From Lama guanicoe (lineage: Eukaryota): 64,000 bases of DNA. Positions 59,755 through 64,000 of this stretch are shown in pieces. The stretch covers positions 1,936,524 to 2,000,523 of the forward strand of contig MU053873.1 in the NCBI GenBank assembly GCA_013239625.1. The letters run 5' to 3'. Every line of letters begins with the position of its first letter. The first letter of the stretch is position 1. The notes below the pieces were generated by a model, which was not told the origin of the DNA, ran no database searches, and saw only the letters and a list, made by a program, of their open reading frames with translations. The position numbers and the translations under genes are program-made.

Positions 59755-60994
59755 TGTGCTTTCTCAGGTAACAGGCAGCCCTGGGAGGCGGCCTGGAAAC
59801 GCCACGGGAGGGTCCACGTGAACCCAGACTTTCGTTGGGGTTGTTTGGAAGGCGCTGGAGCCAGTGGGATGGGTGCGGAATGCCAGGCTCCAAGGCTGGG
59901 TATGTACGGGACAAGCCTAGGGGCATGGAAGTTGCAGAATGGACTGCTGCAGACGTCAGGGGAGATTCAGAGCATCGAAGGGTGAATTCAGACAGGAGCC
60001 CAGAGGGTGGGGACCTGGGACCCCTGAGATCCAGCCCTGACCTGGCCATTGCCTCGGATAAGCAGGGACACCTCGCTGGGCCTCAGTGGTCCCCATCTAT
60101 GCAGTGGGCACTGACAGCAGGCTGGTCTGAATGTTGGCGCTCTGGCCGTCCTGCTCCCCAACCCCGATGACACCCAGCTCTCAGTCTGGCCTCATCATCT
60201 CCCGAACCCCAGCAGACTGCCTGGCCAGGGACCTGTTATCTGGCTCCGAGCAGGTGGAGGGCCCGCGAGCTCAGGGCCCGCCGGCTGCCTGGTTTGTATT
60301 TTTAACACCCGGCTCTCGGGCGGTGACAAGGTGTCTGCTAAGTGAGGTAATAGGCAATTGAGTGGGTTCCGCTTTGCCGAGGGCCCTCATAAATCACATC
60401 TGTCAGGGGCCTATGTCATGGTCCAGGGCAGCGGCCGCACGTCGGCAATTAGCCAGCTTGCGCCCGGTGGCTGGACCGCAGCCCACTCTCCTGGCACCGT
60501 GTCCCTGGCCTGCCCCGAAGCGGGGTTCAGCCCCCCCAGCCCCTCTCTCTGGTCTCCCAGCCCACCCCAGCTCGGCCTCAAACAGATGAGGACAGACTGA
60601 CATAGTGTAGGACCAGCCCGCAGGGTGTCGGCAGCCCTGCCGCTCAGGATCCCAAGGGGTGCCCTGAGCAAGTAGCTTCCTCTCCCTGGCCTCAGTGTCT
60701 TCATCTGAAAAGTGGGTGAGATCATTTCTGCTCGAGGACTAGTAAGTGGAAGTGACAAGGAGGAGGATGCATCTTGACATAGCGACGGGTTCTAGGCGTG
60801 ATGGTAGTGATGAGCACTTTGAAGACACACACTCTGTGCCAGGGACTGTTCCTCCCCACCCCATCCTTCTCTGTTTCCAAAGCTTCCCTTTTTTGGGAAG
60901 GGGTGCGGGAAAGATGCACAGCAGCTCAGATAGCACTAATGGCAGCAACTGAGGCCAAGCGGCTCTCCTGTAATCACCTGAAGTTCTGTGAGTT

Positions 60995-61110
60995 AAATAT
61001 CCCCATTTTATAGATGAGAAAATTGAGGCACTACTAGGTAACACAGCCTGTATGATGAGAGGCAAGTCTAGAACCCAGGCAGTCTGGCTTCTGTGTCCAT
61101 GAGCCTCTCC
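60995..61110 (-). mobile_element. MIR
   Basis: atccccattttatagatgagaaaattgaggca...agaacccaggcagtctggct. Confidence 0.8.
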
Positions 61111-61689
61111 TGTGTTGCTCAACTGGCTGAGAGTGCAAACTGGTGCTAGGGAGGGAGCGAGCGCCCTGTCCAGGGAGGAATGTAAGCAGCAGCTGGGCAG
61201 ATCTCTCATTGGATATTAGGGGAAAGGGTGAGTCCTGTATCAGAAAGGAGAGTGGAATGGACCCTCTCTGAGATCTTAGCTGCTGGAGGCAGGAGTGCTG
61301 ATGGGGTGAGGAACGTGCCCAAGGTCACACAGCAAGTTGGTAGCAGGTGTGAGAGTTACAGCCTGCTAGAGTTTCTTGGGTTGGATTCAGTTCAGTTCCA
61401 CAACCATTATTGTGCTGGGCACCTGACATGTAAAATTCAGCCCCAAAGGCACCAGCCCCTCAGGAAACCTAAGTACCCTTCGGTCTGCAAGGCAGCGTTC
61501 TCCTCAAGGGCTGGCGTTTGTCTGGGCTCAGCGTCCCCACTAAGCAGCTCAGCCCTGTCCCCTGGCTTCTCCCAGCCTCACTCTGCTCATCCGTAAAATG
61601 GGCTCTGGTCGGTAACTGCCCCATAGGGCTGGGAGATGAGGGCTCCAGCTCACCTGCATTTCTATGTGGTGTCACTGGAGGTGATTTTT

Positions 61690-61793
61690 GTTTTCCTTTT
61701 TTTTGTTTTTAATGGAGGTACTGGGGGTTGAACACAGGACCCCGTGTGTTCTAAGCGTGCGCTCTACCACTGAGCTATACCCACCCCCACCAA
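61690..61793 (-). mobile_element. tRNA-Ala-derived camelid SINE (Vic-1-like)
   Basis: Reverse complement GGGGGTGGGTATAGCTCAGTGGTAGAGCGCACGCTTAGAACACACGGGGTCCTGTGTTCAACCCCCAGTACCTCC plus an A tail; TSD gaggtgattttt (61678) / gaggcgattttt (61794). Confidence 0.88.
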
Positions 61794-63329
61794 GAGGCGA
61801 TTTTTATTTTATTGTTTTGGTATCACTTTGTTTTTCCAAATTTGTATTTCACCGGCAGTTGGGCAGGGAGGCTCCCATAGCAGGCAGCAGAGGGTGGGGG
61901 TCTCAGGCGGGAAACAAAGCACCCAGGTCTTTTCTTAGATATACATACTTCCCCAGAGGGAGAAAAAAATGCCACGTGGACACACACACACAATCCCCCC
62001 TCACACACACACACACACAGAGACGCACACACACTCGCTCCCTCCGAGGCCCACTCACAGGAGCTCAGCCACACAGAGCCCACACAATACCCATTCTGCA
62101 AATATTAACACCTACTGCATGTCTGCATGGGGGTAACAGAGTAATCCAGACCCAGAGAGGTCCTTGCCCTCAGAGAATGTACCCCGAACCCGACACAGTC
62201 ACATACACACAGCCTCACCTTCCACGCCCCACACATGCGGGGGGACCTGTCTCCTCCCTGAGTCTCCACACCCCATGCCCCACCTCCCTGGTTCCAAAGC
62301 TTCCACCCCTGCGTCGTGGGGTGACGGGGGCTGGGTGGGGGTGCAGACAGCATCCATGGGGGCAAACATGCCAGAGCAGAGCTCCTGCCCCTCCGCTGGC
62401 CTCCTCAGGACGCACAGATCAGATCCTGTGACTGCCGCTGGTCCCCTCCCCACTCCCCTGTGCCGCCCGCCAGTCTGACCAACCTTTGTGATGGGGAAGG
62501 GAGAAGGGGAGGCCCCGGGAGAAGGTTCTTCAAAGGAAGCTGGGGCCGCCTCTGCCTGGCTGCATTCAGAGCCTCTGGAGTATTTCCCCTGGGGGCACCG
62601 GCCTGGGCAGAATAGGGGCCAGAGGGGCATCCAGGTGGTTCTGAGGGATGAAAGAAGCTCTGGTGGGGGCTGGGGCACTTGGACCCCAGCAGGTCAGTAT
62701 TTCCTGAATATTTCTGCCTCTTTTGGGGGACCAAACACCAAAGCCCAGCCTCCAGGCTCATCCGGGGTCCGTCAGGAGCACAGACCTCTCCCTCCATCCG
62801 CTGGCCAGCCCTGGGTCGGGGTGGGGGCAGAGGGCTCTGGAGACCGCCATCTGCGGGGCTGTCTTGGCTGCCTTGCCTCCCCGGGGGCCACCAGGGGCTG
62901 GGATCGATGCTGGGCCCAGCTGCCCTGCACTGCCCCATTATGCGGCCAGCCTGGCCTGGCTCTAATGGGTTACACTGGGGCGTCTGCGTGGGCCCAGGTG
63001 GCAGGGCTTGGGCAGCCTCTGGCTCCCTCAAGGCACAGCCCTGCTGGGGACAGGGGAGTGGGAAAGAAAGAAGGCACGGGGCAGGGGCGTCTGTGAGCCC
63101 CAATTAAGCCAGGAGCGGCGCAGCCCAGGCTGCCCCTAATTTGGTTTGGGATAATGAGCTGGGGAAATTGGCTCTCGTCTGACTGGAGTATAAGCCCCAT
63201 CTGGGCTGGGCCCTGGGACTAACCTCTTCAATCCCTGCCCGGTGGGTGGGTGGAGGGCTGGTGGTGGAGCAGGCTCCTTGGTGGGCACAGCTCTCTACAG
63301 TGTACACTTTCTCTTCGTGTTATCAAGGT

Positions 63330-63460
63330 CATCTGTTTTGCATGTGTGCAGGGAGTCACTGTTACATCCCCACTTTTCAGATGGACAAACTGAGGCCCAG
63401 AGAGGGACCATGAAGGCGTCCCTGGATGGCTCTAAGATTTAGACCCAAAGATTCTCATAC
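63330..63460 (-). mobile_element. MIR
   Basis: atccccacttttcagatggacaaactgaggcccagagagg. Confidence 0.75.
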
Positions 63461-63497
63461 AGTGCTTCTTTTCTCCCTGAGATATTTTTTGGCTTTG

Positions 63498-63660
63498 AGG
63501 GTTGCCAGAGGTAGTGAATAAAAACACACAGGCTGCCCAGGTGAATTTGAATTTCAGAGAAACCACAGAGAAAAATGTAGTCTAAGTGTATCCCATGCAA
63601 TATTGAGGATGTACTTAAACTAAAAAAATAATTGTTTTGTATTTTATCTGATCACACTCC
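63498..63660. mobile_element. MER53-like palindromic hAT MITE with an internal deletion
   Basis: agggttgccaga...caggctgcccaggtgaatttgaatttcaga...tcccatgcaatatt...tgtattttatctg. Confidence 0.8.
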
Positions 63661-63759
63661 CATTCTTAGGGGACTTGTGGAGTCTGGGAGTAGTGGAACA
63701 AACCTTGGAGCCAGTCAGACTTGGGTTCACACTGGGTTTTGGCACTTTCTTTTCGTGGC

Positions 63760-64000
63760 TGTGGTAGACAGAATAATGCTCCCCGCCACCCCCACCTTCC
63801 CAAGATGTCCACGCCCTCGTCACTGGAAACTGTGATATGTTAGTTTACGTGGCAAAAGAGACTGTGAAGTTAAGGATCTTGAGACAGGGAGATTATCCTT
63901 GATTGTCTGGGTGGGTCCAGTGTCAGCCCCGGGGTCCTTCCTTGTGAGAAGAAGGGTCAGTCAGAGAAGGAGGTATTATGAGAGCAGCAAAAGTTCAGAG
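63760..64000 (+). mobile_element. MaLR LTR (MLT1D-like), cut by the window end
   Basis: TGTGGTAGACAGAATAATG...ccaagatgtccac...aagttaaggatcttgagacagggagattatcc. Confidence 0.88.

Noticed and set aside
294..63835. Several hundred 60-280 aa ORFs in the supplied track (e.g. 29849-30613, 44093-44926, 49449-50174, 61688-62431)
   Set aside because: They are expected in GC-rich, stop-poor DNA. Many start at non-ATG codons, run through MIR/L2/SINE sequence or low-complexity tracts, overlap on both strands, and show no recognisable domain.
845..64000. TE strand bias as evidence of an enclosing transcription unit
   Set aside because: SINEs and most L1 pieces are on the minus strand, while LTRs are mostly on the plus strand (about 8 versus 4). 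The two signals conflict and the counts are small.

Overview
Mammalian non-coding DNA, most likely from a camelid: three tRNA-Ala-derived SINEs resemble Vic-1, and there is one young artiodactyl-type L1 3' end. The window is GC-rich and packed with old eutherian repeats (MIR, L2, CR1/L3, MaLR/ERVL solo LTRs, L1M, and hAT MITEs of the MER58, MER3, MER45, MER5 and MER53 types), several of them nested with visible target-site duplications (TSDs). I find no supportable protein-coding gene, real tRNA, rRNA or CRISPR array. The only ORF-track peptides I recognise are L1 ORF2p C-terminal remnants. Between the repeats lie a dozen or so short unique AT-richer islands with clustered homeodomain, HOX/CDX, PBX-MEIS, POU and FOX motifs. 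These look like an array of developmental enhancers in a gene desert or a very large intron, but this is inference and I cannot identify the locus. The 339-N gap looks like an assembly artefact at a microsatellite. I cannot support a new biological system here. Repeat family names come from recalled consensus sequences, and boundaries without a quoted TSD are approximate.
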